From positions 10,237 through 74,236 of the forward strand of contig JAPLSQ010000076.1 in assembly GCA_026398535.1 (NCBI GenBank): a stretch of DNA of 64,000 bases, written 5' to 3'. Below the pieces are notes generated by a model that saw only the letters and a program-made list of their open reading frames with translations, had not been told where the DNA came from and did no database searches. Below are positions 39,419-49,392 of the stretch, one piece after another. The stretch's first letter is position 1. Each line of letters opens with the position of its first letter. This stretch comes from Candidatus Sumerlaeota bacterium. GTDB taxonomy: Bacteria; Sumerlaeota; Sumerlaeia; Sumerlaeales; Sumerlaeaceae. The translations under genes were made by a program, and so were the position numbers.

Positions 39419-41467
39419 TCACTCCATAATCGCCTTCAGCAGGGCTTCTCTGGCGTCGGTGTAGAACTGGATGTCGATCTTCGTGGCCAGTTCGTCGGGC
39501 AACTCGATCAACTGCTTGCGGGCGGTGACGGGGCTTAGCAGCGCCGTGGCGCCCGCCTCGATCGCGTGTTCGGCAATCGTGACGGCATTGTATACGGGAT
39601 CAACCGATCCGCCCACATTGACCGAGCCGATAACCACCAAGCCGCCTTTTATGCTGCGCTTGAGCAGGGCACTGCACAGGGCCAGCAAAACGGCCATGCC
39701 AAGCCCGGCGCCGGATCTTGATGTGTCAAAACCCCGCAACTGCACCGAAAACTCGTGCTGGCGGGGATCGCGGTCCCCGACAAGAACCCTTGCCCGGGAA
39801 TATAGATTCTGCTCGGCGTACCGCACGCATTCGGCAAATGGTTGCGGCGCCGGCCGGTTAAGGATCTTCACCCCTGATCCTGGCCCCTCGTTGATCTCCA
39901 CACGATAAAGGCCCGGATACTCTTCCCCGCCGCCCGGACTTATGGTCCATACCTGGCCGGGTTCCAGCGGATCTCCGCCAATGCTGCTTTCCGTCTGCAA
40001 TTCTGGCGTCGATACGAATTTCTCGACCCCTTCGTCACCAAGCTGGTAGCTGAAATGCGTATTACGGAACTCAGCCGTGCCGATGCGTTTTTGCTGTTCT
40101 TTCACGCGCCGGCGGCATTCCAGTGCCACACGCACGGCCCATTCGAGATCCTCGTCCGATGGCCTCATTTCGGGATTTGGATATAGAAGTTTCAGCAAGC
40201 CGCTCACCGTCTTCTGCGCCGCCGTCGTATCGCGGCCGCTCAAAGCGCCGCCAAACAGGACACGTCCCTGCAATACATTAATACGACTCTGACTTCTAAG
40301 TTGTGACATGCATTCCGACAGGAAGTCGCTGACCATGCCGAAATGGTCCGTCAGCAGATTCTTGGCCATCTTCGGCGCGTCCCACCCGGGACCATATGCG
40401 TGAATTCGATCCATAAAAGCCGTGTCGTTGCGCATCTCCGGAGGCAATGGCCCAAGCAGATGGCCAATCCGCTGCTGATGTTCAACGTCAACTTCAAAGT
40501 TGCCAACCAAAACAATACTGCCATCAGCGCGAATGCTTTCCTTGCCGCGGCTGAATTCGCCGGACTCCATATAGCCTTTCATGATGTTGACGCCATCCTT
40601 CTGATCAAAGGACACGCCGGACACCTCGTCAAATGCCACGACGTCATACTGGCAAACCAAGCCGCGCTGACCACTGGCATTATTGACAAACATCCTGGCC
40701 ACAGTCGTCTTGCCGCCGGAAACCAAATGGGAATAAGGGGACAGTTGCTGGTATGCGTGACTCTTCCCCGTGCCGCGTGGCCCCAGCTCGACCATGTTGT
40801 AGTTGCGCTCAACAAATGGCGTCATGCGCAGCAGGACAAGGTTCCGGGCGCGTTCCGATAGCTGCTCCGGCTCAAGACCCACGCTGCGAATCAGCATGTG
40901 ACGCCATTCGTCGCTGGTAAACATCTCCCGGCCGCGGGCCAGGTCGGCCAGAACGTCACGCTTGGACAATTGAATCTCGCGCAGACTGGCTATGCCGAAC
41001 GCGCGGCCGCCAGACTCCTGGGCAATCGACGCGTCATACGTCAGTTCGACCTCAGCGTAAAAGCCGCCGGTCAGCATCCGCTCGTTGTCGCGAACCAGCT
41101 TGTCTTCTATGCGCACGTCACGAAGGCGCAGACTTGGCAATTCGACGATATAGGTGTCGGTCTTGGCGTCAAGTCGGGCCGAGATGCAGTCGATGATCTT
41201 GACTGATCCCTGTTCCCGCGCCCGGGCCTTGAAAAGCTCTTCTTCGCCGCCTCGCACAGATCGATTCGAAAGCTGTCGCTGGACGATCTCCAGCCCCTCT
41301 TCGATTTCTTTCGGGTCGGTCGTCGCACAGTACCGTCCCAACATGAACTCAACCACATACGTTGGCACCGGGAACTGCTTGGCAAACATGCGCACCAGGT
41401 CCTTGCGCACAATATAGCCCTCAAATGCCTTCGCCGCCAGTTTGTCCAGTTTGTCCAGTTCCATCAT
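39419..41467 (-). CDS. brxL: BREX system Lon protease-like protein BrxL.
   Basis: N-terminus MELDKLDKLAAKAFEGYIVRKDLVRMF..., a P-loop (GPRGTGKSH), and a C-terminal Lon-like protease domain. The ATG at 41467 lies 1 nt after the pglZ stop. Confidence 0.8.
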   Translation of the reverse strand: MMELDKLDKLAAKAFEGYIVRKDLVRMFAKQFPVPTYVVEFMLGRYCATTDPKEIEEGLEIVQRQLSNRSVRGGEEELFKARAREQGSVKIIDCISARLDAKTDTYIVELPSLRLRDVRIEDKLVRDNERMLTGGFYAEVELTYDASIAQESGGRAFGIASLREIQLSKRDVLADLARGREMFTSDEWRHMLIRSVGLEPEQLSERARNLVLLRMTPFVERNYNMVELGPRGTGKSHAYQQLSPYSHLVSGGKTTVARMFVNNASGQRGLVCQYDVVAFDEVSGVSFDQKDGVNIMKGYMESGEFSRGKESIRADGSIVLVGNFEVDVEHQQRIGHLLGPLPPEMRNDTAFMDRIHAYGPGWDAPKMAKNLLTDHFGMVSDFLSECMSQLRSQSRINVLQGRVLFGGALSGRDTTAAQKTVSGLLKLLYPNPEMRPSDEDLEWAVRVALECRRRVKEQQKRIGTAEFRNTHFSYQLGDEGVEKFVSTPELQTESSIGGDPLEPGQVWTISPGGGEEYPGLYRVEINEGPGSGVKILNRPAPQPFAECVRYAEQNLYSRARVLVGDRDPRQHEFSVQLRGFDTSRSGAGLGMAVLLALCSALLKRSIKGGLVVIGSVNVGGSVDPVYNAVTIAEHAIEAGATALLSPVTARKQLIELPDELATKIDIQFYTDAREALLKAIME

Positions 41468-41468
41468 G

Positions 41469-43808
41469 TCACTCCTCGCCGCCAACAGTTGTGGCCAGTT
41501 TGGCCAGCACGTCTCCTTTTGCATTCACGACGACAACAGCCGCCGGATCGCCATGCCGGCCGTCATCGGCAACCACCAATGCCGCCTCGCCTTTGTCATT
41601 AAGCATCTTGCAACCACCCGAAAACGACGAATTCGGATCTGCCGGTTTGGCGCGCAGGTCAGCAAACAAGCCTGTGACAGCCATGATATCCACCTTGATC
41701 CGGCAACGCATTCCTGCCCATTTCAACTCACGAATCCTGGCGGTAACGACGGGCGCGGCGCTGGCTGTCACCTTCAGCATCGGCGTCACACATTCCTGCA
41801 GACTGATTCCGCCATGGGCGTACTCCAAACCCGCTCTGAAAGTGCTGATGCCGGGCGCCACGGCAATCGGGATCATTGGTGACCAATGCCAGGGCAACTC
41901 CAGCAAATCGCTCTTGGCCGTCTGTTTCAGCATCGCGCACCGTCCCCACCGTGTCTCCGCCAGGTAATGCGGCATTTCGGTTTTCGGCAGTCCGCCCGGC
42001 ACAAGAAGCCAGCCGTGATCGGTCACAACCCGCACCCGTTTCCATCCCGCATCTAACAGCGTTTTTACACGCTCGACAATGCCGCGCAGGTTTTCGTCTT
42101 TGCGCCAGGCCAGCTTCCACCCTTCGTGATGTCCATGCTTGTCAAACTCCCCAGCCTCCGTCCATGCCCGCCCTGCCGGGTCGCCCGTTGCGCCCAATGA
42201 CAGCGCCTGAATGCCAATATCTTCAAGCAGTTTGACGAAATCATGATGCTGAAGCGTCTTGCCTGACAAGGCCACTGACGGACGGAATTCTTCACCGGCA
42301 TTTGTGCCAATCAGCAGTTCCGACACCGGCGATACTGCAGGCTTGGATGTCGATGTCACCGTCGGAAATGCGGCCCAATTCCAGTGTGACTCAACCTCGA
42401 AACCATGCGCATTCAGGTGCTGGACCATGCTCTGCCCAAGGTCATATCGAAGTCCATCCGCAAACACCATGCATTCGCCCGATTCAATTGCGGGTTGCGC
42501 CTGCGGACGGGGCAGGGGCGGCGTCTTCATCAGCTCCTGCAACCTTGTCGCTCCGGCTTCCGCCCACGGAACGTACATTGCGCGTATGGCGCCGATCACT
42601 GCCTTGATGTCATGCGAACGCTTCACACAGACCAATGCTTCGAGCACTGCAAGGTCGGCCTGCCAGCCCGTTTGCGCATATTGCCGGGCCATATCCTCGG
42701 CAGTGGCGCCACCCGGATCGCTGGCCGTAATATCGGCCACAACGGCAAGGTGCTTCAGTGCGCATGCCAGCGGTGATTCACCCGCGCGCGCCCACACCGA
42801 TGACCGTCTTCCACCGTGCCGTTCGTCATGTTGCTTGATCTCGGCGCCGGCGGTCCTGCGGTCCCTGACGGCAACCTTTGTCAGTGCGCGGCAAAGGTCA
42901 GCCTCCTCCTTGTCATTTGTCTGCGGCCACACCGAACCATTCTCCATGATAAACAAATCGTCGGGCATCACCTTCCGCATGGCCTTGGGAATGTTTGGGT
43001 ACAAGGCTGGCGACTCGGTAAACCGGCGCCACACGCCAGCCCAGTTGCATTCCTGCTTGCCCAGCGATTCGGCCGCAACGATTTCGCCATCCGTCTGGGG
43101 GTCAAACGAATACTTGTCTTTGCAGATAGCCCGGAATGTCTGCCATTCGGCGCCCTCCCAACGCTTGCGGCTTCCTGCAGGATCATCCAGCCAGACCAGC
43201 ACGTCACGCTCCGGATCCGGCTTCACGATGTCATGAAAATCGGCAGCCTCCAGCCTGCGACCCCGCAGACGGTCGATCGGCGTCGATCCCAGGGCCTCCA
43301 CCGCGCCGCTCATCGCCTCCAGCGTCGCGTTGTCCGTAGCGACATCCAGCCCAAGCCCCCCGTCATTGCTCTGCAGAAATGCCCGGATCGTCCAGTCCTT
43401 TGCATTCAACTGGCTGAAGAATACCCCCCGATACTGGAGTTCGGCCAATGGCTTCAGCTCCTTGGGACATGATTCAACTGCACGAAGGTCAGCCCGGCTG
43501 ACCCCCGGCAGGTACAGAATCGGCACTGCGCTATCCGGCCACTGGGCCTCGTGAAGGGTCCTTGCGATCATGCACCGAAGCCAGATGGCCGGGCCCGACC
43601 TTGCTGACGGGTCATAGGGGCCTAACGTCAGCAACTCCGGCAATTGGTCGCGCAGCCGCGGCAGCAACGCCAGCCACTGCCCCTCCCCGTCTGGCCACAA
43701 AACCGCGGCCGGGGCAACCAGCCCGCTCGAATTGTACTCCGCCGAGTGTTTCAAGGCCAATATCAGCGCCCCAAGGACAGTGGATGCCTGTCGTGCCTGC
43801 AAACTCAC
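41469..43808 (-). CDS. pglZ: BREX-1 alkaline-phosphatase-superfamily protein PglZ.
   Basis: PglZ-domain motifs (RVVTDHGWLLVPGGLPKTEMP, HGGISLQECVTPML) and about 780 aa. The exact start is uncertain by 1-2 codons: my reading of the first two codons does not match the track translation. Confidence 0.85.
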   Translation of the reverse strand: MSLQARQASTVLGALILALKHSAEYNSSGLVAPAAVLWPDGEGQWLALLPRLRDQLPELLTLGPYDPSARSGPAIWLRCMIARTLHEAQWPDSAVPILYLPGVSRADLRAVESCPKELKPLAELQYRGVFFSQLNAKDWTIRAFLQSNDGGLGLDVATDNATLEAMSGAVEALGSTPIDRLRGRRLEAADFHDIVKPDPERDVLVWLDDPAGSRKRWEGAEWQTFRAICKDKYSFDPQTDGEIVAAESLGKQECNWAGVWRRFTESPALYPNIPKAMRKVMPDDLFIMENGSVWPQTNDKEEADLCRALTKVAVRDRRTAGAEIKQHDERHGGRRSSVWARAGESPLACALKHLAVVADITASDPGGATAEDMARQYAQTGWQADLAVLEALVCVKRSHDIKAVIGAIRAMYVPWAEAGATRLQELMKTPPLPRPQAQPAIESGECMVFADGLRYDLGQSMVQHLNAHGFEVESHWNWAAFPTVTSTSKPAVSPVSELLIGTNAGEEFRPSVALSGKTLQHHDFVKLLEDIGIQALSLGATGDPAGRAWTEAGEFDKHGHHEGWKLAWRKDENLRGIVERVKTLLDAGWKRVRVVTDHGWLLVPGGLPKTEMPHYLAETRWGRCAMLKQTAKSDLLELPWHWSPMIPIAVAPGISTFRAGLEYAHGGISLQECVTPMLKVTASAAPVVTARIRELKWAGMRCRIKVDIMAVTGLFADLRAKPADPNSSFSGGCKMLNDKGEAALVVADDGRHGDPAAVVVVNAKGDVLAKLATTVGGEE

Positions 43809-43841
43809 AGCACAACCCCCATATTCCGCCGGCTGCCAGAT

Positions 43842-43919
43842 TGACCCGGTAATTTACCGGGTCGAACGGCTCGCGTCGACAAGCCCGTCATCCTCTGGTG
43901 ACCCGGTAAATTACCGCGT
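43842..43919. promoter_or_regulatory. Two mirrored 21-bp palindromic sites upstream of pglZ (candidate operator or hairpins).
   Basis: GACCCGGTAATTTACCGGGTC (43842-43862) and GACCCGGTAAATTACCGCGTC (43899-43919), 57 bp apart. The second is the reverse complement of the first with one mismatch. They lie 34 and 91 bp upstream of the pglZ start. Confidence 0.5.
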
Positions 43920-44201
43920 CGCGGTTGTGCCTTATGTGTCATTGTCCAAATTCCTGTTCTGTTCCAGAGTAATTCATGGTGCTTGTTTTGGCACACGACA
44001 TCATTTGACAAAGGCGTCCGCCGCGTTGATCAGTACAAGCACAAGTTATCGCCCTGGTCTCTTCGAAGTCCAACGCTCCGCGTCGGATACTCATGTAGGA
44101 GAGCCGGAGCGATCTTTTTTCTCAAAGAACCGTTCGTCTTTGTTTCGTTATTATCGGCAATAACATGCTGCAAATAGGCAACTCGGCATGAACGGGGTCA
44201 T

Positions 44202-44819
44202 TCATGGGATTGCCGGCTTCCCGCAAATCGTATGGATGATCGTGTTCACAAAGGCTTTAAGGTGTGGGCACGCTGCCACAGCCACGCCAAGGTCCTCGCC
44301 TGCCAATATCTTGCCAGCATCCACGGTCTTTTTATAGTCTTTGCGCGTATCGCCTTGCCGGTAGGCCTGCTTGAGTCTATATGCAGGAGGATTGCCATGG
44401 TTTACGTCTTCGGGGTTCCCAAATGGTTTTGCCATGTTGGATTTGGAAAGCACTTTGACTTTGTCCCAGTATGGCAGCAGCCATGCCTCGAAGTCATGCT
44501 GGGCTGCATGAGGGTGAAACCGCGGCTCGCCTCCTGCCCAAAAGTTCATCTTTTGTATGGCATCGTTGCCATCGTCAAAGTCTTGATTGCCTGTGTAAAC
44601 ATCAGTCAGGGCAATAACGTGATCGAAAGCGTCTGCACCGGAAAGGAGAGTTTCCACCTTCCGCTTTAACTTGTCACCTTTCGGCACGCGCCCATCTTCT
44701 ACCACCGGTTTCAGCTTTGGCATATCATCTTTCAAGTGGTTTTCCAGGAAACGGCGCAAAATGGGCATGAATGCCTTTTCTGTTTTTCCCTCAACAATGA
44801 TGGCTATTCGACAGCTCAT
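44202..44819 (-). CDS. DUF4276-like small protein with a TOPRIM-like N-terminal motif; the second gene of the cassette embedded in BREX.
   Basis: N-terminus MSCRIAIIVEGKTEKAFMPILRRF (VEGxTE as in OLD-family TOPRIM). ATG at 44819 overlaps the ATPase stop (ATGA). About 205 aa. DUF4276 is assigned from memory of the family's hallmark N-terminus and is not verified. Confidence 0.5.
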   Translation of the reverse strand: MSCRIAIIVEGKTEKAFMPILRRFLENHLKDDMPKLKPVVEDGRVPKGDKLKRKVETLLSGADAFDHVIALTDVYTGNQDFDDGNDAIQKMNFWAGGEPRFHPHAAQHDFEAWLLPYWDKVKVLSKSNMAKPFGNPEDVNHGNPPAYRLKQAYRQGDTRKDYKKTVDAGKILAGEDLGVAVAACPHLKAFVNTIIHTICGKPAIP

Positions 44820-46054
44820 TCTGTGCGCCCACCCAGTTGGCCCATGCGCCACACATCGCCCAGGGTGTATTCATCCAACCACTTTTCCGCGTCGAATGAA
44901 TCACCCCAGCGGGCTGATGCATTGCCGTCTTTCCCAGAATCCAGCACCAACAATTCCTCGGGTTTCAGAAAACCAACCAAACGATCCGAGTGTGTTGCCA
45001 CGATCAGCTGCGTGCGCAGGGATGCCTCGCGCAACAACTCCGCAAGAATGCGTAGAAGCTCCGGATGCAAGCTGACCTCGGGTTCATCGATCAGCGTCAC
45101 CTCGCCCAATCCAGGACTATACAGCAGGGTCACAAGCCACAAGAACCGCAACATCCCGTCGGACAATTGGTTCATGAACAATGCTGCAGGGTAGCGGCGA
45201 TCTTTCCATCCAAGCCCGATAATTCCTTGGGCGAGTGGTGGAAACTCGAATTTCTCGAATTCCGGGAAACCCGCCCGGATGGCATCTTCCACCGCTTGGA
45301 AGAGGTCTGACATTTGCTCCTTCATCGTGTACAAGCAAGATAGCAAATCCTCGCCATTGGGTCCCGGCAGGTGGGCGGGGCGTAGGCTCTGTGGCATCCG
45401 GATCGGTGCGTTCAGACGCAGATCAAGTAGGCTGTAATGGGTTAGCGATGCGATCCTCCCGCGCATCACACCCAATAGTGGAATGTTCATCGGTGCTTGA
45501 GATAGAGCAGTCTCTGCGGGGTTGTATTTCAGAGACGATTCACCAGGCGCGGCATACCCCGAAACCCCCGTTAACGCCAATGCTTCAACGGTGGTAGGTA
45601 GCACACTCTTTTGGGTATCGGGATCAAAATAGCGGACATCGCCCAACGTTGACTGGATCAACGCACCCCGTTGCTGTCCATCTTGATTCAGCTGCAGGAC
45701 TTCCCCGGAAATCAAATATCCTCCGTATCCCATATGAGCAAGCCTTATGGAATAATTCGTGCTCCACCCTGGATCCCCTGGAATGAGCACTTCAAACATT
45801 ACATCGCCCATCGAACCAATGGTTCTGCATGCCCAGATGCCGCCATTGGCTTTCATGGTTGTTTCAAGGGCCCCTGCAGCGGACGCAGCCGTGATTTTTA
45901 AAGCGTCAAGCACGGTTGTTTTCCCAACGCCATTACTACCGACCATCACCGTTAGCGGACGCAATTCCACGTCAAAACTGTGCAGTCGCCGAAAATTGCG
46001 AACACGCAAGGTGCTGATGATTAGGTGTTGGCCATCTGGCTGATTTATGGTCAT
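44816..46054 (-). CDS. ABC/SMC-like ATPase (AAA_21-type); first gene of the cassette embedded in BREX.
   Basis: Walker A (GSNGVGKTT), ABC signature (LSDGMLRFLWL), Walker B (LIDEPEVSLHPE), and H-loop (ATHSDRL). AAGGAG RBS 9 nt upstream of the ATG at 46054. It starts 16 bp after the pglX stop. Confidence 0.7.
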   Translation of the reverse strand: MTINQPDGQHLIISTLRVRNFRRLHSFDVELRPLTVMVGSNGVGKTTVLDALKITAASAAGALETTMKANGGIWACRTIGSMGDVMFEVLIPGDPGWSTNYSIRLAHMGYGGYLISGEVLQLNQDGQQRGALIQSTLGDVRYFDPDTQKSVLPTTVEALALTGVSGYAAPGESSLKYNPAETALSQAPMNIPLLGVMRGRIASLTHYSLLDLRLNAPIRMPQSLRPAHLPGPNGEDLLSCLYTMKEQMSDLFQAVEDAIRAGFPEFEKFEFPPLAQGIIGLGWKDRRYPAALFMNQLSDGMLRFLWLVTLLYSPGLGEVTLIDEPEVSLHPELLRILAELLREASLRTQLIVATHSDRLVGFLKPEELLVLDSGKDGNASARWGDSFDAEKWLDEYTLGDVWRMGQLGGRTE

Positions 46055-46070
46055 TGCCGGTTCTCCTTTA

Positions 46071-49000
46071 TTACCGCTTCCGGGCCGCGCGTTTTTCGTC
46101 CAGCGTCAGATGCTCGTCATTATGACGTTCGCCGTGGAATGTGCCGCGGGCGTCGTGGAACCAGGGAAACTGCTCTCGCGCACGGCCGCCCTGGGGTTCC
46201 TTGCCGCGATCCTTGTCCCACTTGATGTTTGGCCGCTTGCGCAACACGTCCTCCACCATGAAAGGACGGATGTTCATCCTCACGCCGTCGTTCAGGTCGG
46301 GATGCCAGCCGATGGCCTGCTCATGGATAGGTTTCCACCGCACAAATACGTCGTAGGGCGGTTCACCTTCCAAAATCAGGGACAATTTGTGTTGAAGCGC
46401 GCGTGCGGCCTCACGCCGGGCATCCGCGCCGCTTTCATTGTGCTTGACCGCGTCATCCTGGCGTTTGATCCAGTCGCCCAGATAAGTGTACGTCAGGCGC
46501 TCGAGCAGTTTGTGGTCGAGCTTGTGGTAGTTGACCAGCGCGCTGAATCCGTCGCGCCGGCGTCCGTCCCAGATGTGCCAGATGAATGGCCTGTTATGGA
46601 ACAACTTGCAGTGCTGGCCGAAGAAGCCGTCGCGCAGCCAATCATCAAGGGTGTTCGCGCCAGCGGCGGCAAGCAGTTCGGCCTTCTTCGCTGGCGTCCA
46701 TTCCTTGCCCAAGGCCGCCTTCAGCATTGCCTCAACACGCTCCGCCGCCGGCTCCTCGCCGCGCACCGACGGGACGCACACGATGCCGTCCGCATCCGCC
46801 AGCTTCTCCAGCCCGTCCGGGCCGAGTGTTGGGCAATCCGGGAAACTCGAGCCCGTCTGACGCGGCCACTGATAGCCGAGTAACCGCGCCACCGCCACAT
46901 GCAACGGCCGGTCTGAACCTTTCGGATGCCCGTTGAACAACCATTGCGTCGGATCGCTGGAAAACGGCTTCGGCAATCCATGCGGATATTTCTCCGCCGC
47001 AACCTTCTGCCAGTACGCCAAGTCGAAGGGAACTTTGACCAATGTGGCGTTTGTCACTTTCAGTGATTGATCGATAGCGCGAACATCTTTGTTGTATTCC
47101 GGCGAAGTGCAGTAACACCAGATCGCGAGAAGGTCGCATTGATTTCGTGGCACGATCACGGCGCAGTTCGTGTCGAATTTCTCGCCTGTGAAAAGGGACA
47201 CCGGGAGACTGCACATTTGCCTGACCACAACACCCCATTTCCCCCAAGCTTCTTCACCTCGGAGGTATGCTTGCCCCGAGGCTATTGCTTTCTGAAGGTC
47301 CTCATTCCACCAGAGCACAAGTTCCCTTCCGCCAAACGGGATTGTGTCATCAATGGTGCTTTGCCAGAACTCCCATTGGTTCGAACCGCAAACCTCCCAA
47401 AAGAAACGGCCGTAGTGGGGAAAATCAGCAGGTGAAATCCCCTGGAGTCCGGAAGCGTATTTGCTCAACAAAGGAAGGTTGCTTGGCTCTTCAAAGGCAA
47501 TCCTCGCATCCGGGTTTTTCATCTGACCTGACTGGCCGAGACGATTCACGGAGTCACTGCATAGAGAAGTTGCCTTCGCGGCGATGCTGCACTGACTACT
47601 GACGTCTAACCCAGCAAACTTATGTTCTGGTTTAGCCTTCGATCTCGAAAGTGCCACAATGCTGACGTTCACAACTTCGCCCCCGATGGTTTCAAAAGCG
47701 CGAGCACCAAGCCTCGCAACAAGATCCCATTCATACTGGCGAAGAAGCCGTTTTCGCAAATTCATGTAAGTACCGAGGAAAAGCCAATTTTGAGGCGTGA
47801 CCAGCGCAGCATTTCCGCTCGGAGCACAAAAATCTAAACAACGCTCAACAAAACAAGTGGCGAGGTCAGCCTTCGCCTCGTGGTGTTCTCGGTCGCAGTA
47901 GTCTTTCAGGACAGCTTCTTGTTTGCTCCGTGTTAGATACGGCACATTCGTCGCCACCAGCGTGAACTGCCCCGCAAGAATCTCCGCCGCCTTGGCCAGA
48001 CCACTCGCGGTCACGGCCATTTCATGCGCGGCATTGTCCCTGGTCTCCCGCGCCAGCGCCTTTTCCAGCAACGGCTGGAGTTCATGGAACGCGGCCACCA
48101 GCAAATCGCCCTCGCCGGCGCGCGGGTTGATCAGGCTGCCCAGCGCCGCCGCCTTCTGGAACAACCCGTAAAGCTGCTCCATGCCTCGTATAAGCTTTTC
48201 GTTGCCGCCGGCAATCTTCAGCCAGTCCGCTTCCTTCGCATTCGGCGCGAGACCGGAGCAGGCCAGGTTCATCGCCGGCAGCGCACAGTGGCCCACGCGA
48301 CGCCAGGCGGCAAGCGCCAGATTAAACGCGGCAATCTGCGTGCAACGCGGGTCTATCTCCAAACCAAACAGGTTGTCGCGGATGACCGCCGACACCGCCG
48401 CCGATTCCCCCAGCTTTTCCTCCGCCATGCGCAACGCCAACAACCGCTCGAACATAGCCACCACAAAATGCCCGCTGCCCATGCACGGGTCGAGACACTT
48501 TAGTTCCTTCGCAGTTTTCGGCCAGCCGTCAAACGACCCTGCCGCAGGCGTCCATTTTCCGTCTTCGCCCTTCATGAACCGCAAATAGTTCCACGACACA
48601 CCCGGCAATGACACAGCATGGCGCACATCTTCCTCCGAATTGGCCTTCTCGGCCAGCTTCGGACTTGCCGCCAACACCTTGCCGGCCCGCCAGGCGCCAA
48701 GCGTGTTATCAAGCAAAAAGTCCACCATGTAATTCTCTGTAAAAAGCTGCGTGACAGAACATATCTCGTCAGCGCCGATCTTCTTTCCGGACTTGTTGAC
48801 GTCATCCTTCTTTTTTGCCTGCCAGAACTGGTAGACCCAGCCCAGACTGTCGCCAGCAATGAAGACATCGCGGGCCAGACCGGCCAGAAGGTCTTTGAAA
48901 GTTTTCACATGGTTGGGAGCGAAGGTGACCTGAAGGACCGGGTCATCGGGCCGAAACACCTGCGGCAACATGTTGGCGGCATAACGGCCGGCAAGTATCC

Positions 49001-49382
49001 AGCGGTCGGCGGCGCCCTCCATTTCGGCAAGATCGTCACATTCATCAAGCGTGATGGCAACTTTGTGAACGGGATGCATGAGCAGATGGTTCTCGGCAAG
49101 AAACCGGGCAAAAAGCATGCGGTGCCAATGCTCGTAGGCGCATTCTTCGACAAGATGGCCTATGTCCTGGCGTCCATTGTGCAACTGATCGCCGAGCTGG
49201 CGGGCGTGGGCGCGAAGGCGGGTGCGCAATTCCCGGGCATCGGGCGTCATGTGGCGATAGGGTTCCGCTTCATGAACGGCAAGCCCCTCGATGGCAGCCT
49301 TGGCGCCTTCCTCGGCAACCGCGCGGGCCGACAGAACAACCTTCTCAAGTGCCTTGCGCAGCTCTGGATTTAGAATGACCAT
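46071..49382 (-). CDS. pglX: BREX-1 N6-adenine DNA methyltransferase PglX.
   Basis: 1103 aa, motif IV (LVATNVPYL), and a SAM-binding region (LFGLEIDPRCTQIAAFNLALAAW). It lies between brxC and pglZ. Confidence 0.85.
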   Translation of the reverse strand: MVILNPELRKALEKVVLSARAVAEEGAKAAIEGLAVHEAEPYRHMTPDARELRTRLRAHARQLGDQLHNGRQDIGHLVEECAYEHWHRMLFARFLAENHLLMHPVHKVAITLDECDDLAEMEGAADRWILAGRYAANMLPQVFRPDDPVLQVTFAPNHVKTFKDLLAGLARDVFIAGDSLGWVYQFWQAKKKDDVNKSGKKIGADEICSVTQLFTENYMVDFLLDNTLGAWRAGKVLAASPKLAEKANSEEDVRHAVSLPGVSWNYLRFMKGEDGKWTPAAGSFDGWPKTAKELKCLDPCMGSGHFVVAMFERLLALRMAEEKLGESAAVSAVIRDNLFGLEIDPRCTQIAAFNLALAAWRRVGHCALPAMNLACSGLAPNAKEADWLKIAGGNEKLIRGMEQLYGLFQKAAALGSLINPRAGEGDLLVAAFHELQPLLEKALARETRDNAAHEMAVTASGLAKAAEILAGQFTLVATNVPYLTRSKQEAVLKDYCDREHHEAKADLATCFVERCLDFCAPSGNAALVTPQNWLFLGTYMNLRKRLLRQYEWDLVARLGARAFETIGGEVVNVSIVALSRSKAKPEHKFAGLDVSSQCSIAAKATSLCSDSVNRLGQSGQMKNPDARIAFEEPSNLPLLSKYASGLQGISPADFPHYGRFFWEVCGSNQWEFWQSTIDDTIPFGGRELVLWWNEDLQKAIASGQAYLRGEEAWGKWGVVVRQMCSLPVSLFTGEKFDTNCAVIVPRNQCDLLAIWCYCTSPEYNKDVRAIDQSLKVTNATLVKVPFDLAYWQKVAAEKYPHGLPKPFSSDPTQWLFNGHPKGSDRPLHVAVARLLGYQWPRQTGSSFPDCPTLGPDGLEKLADADGIVCVPSVRGEEPAAERVEAMLKAALGKEWTPAKKAELLAAAGANTLDDWLRDGFFGQHCKLFHNRPFIWHIWDGRRRDGFSALVNYHKLDHKLLERLTYTYLGDWIKRQDDAVKHNESGADARREAARALQHKLSLILEGEPPYDVFVRWKPIHEQAIGWHPDLNDGVRMNIRPFMVEDVLRKRPNIKWDKDRGKEPQGGRAREQFPWFHDARGTFHGERHNDEHLTLDEKRAARKR

Positions 49383-49392
49383 GCCATTGACC

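Noticed and set aside
43803-43814. Exact pglZ start codon.
   Set aside because: My hand translation of the first two codons (…TGT GAG TTG…) does not reproduce the track's 'MS'. A TTG two codons upstream (43814) is an alternative start. The coordinates are kept as given but flagged uncertain.
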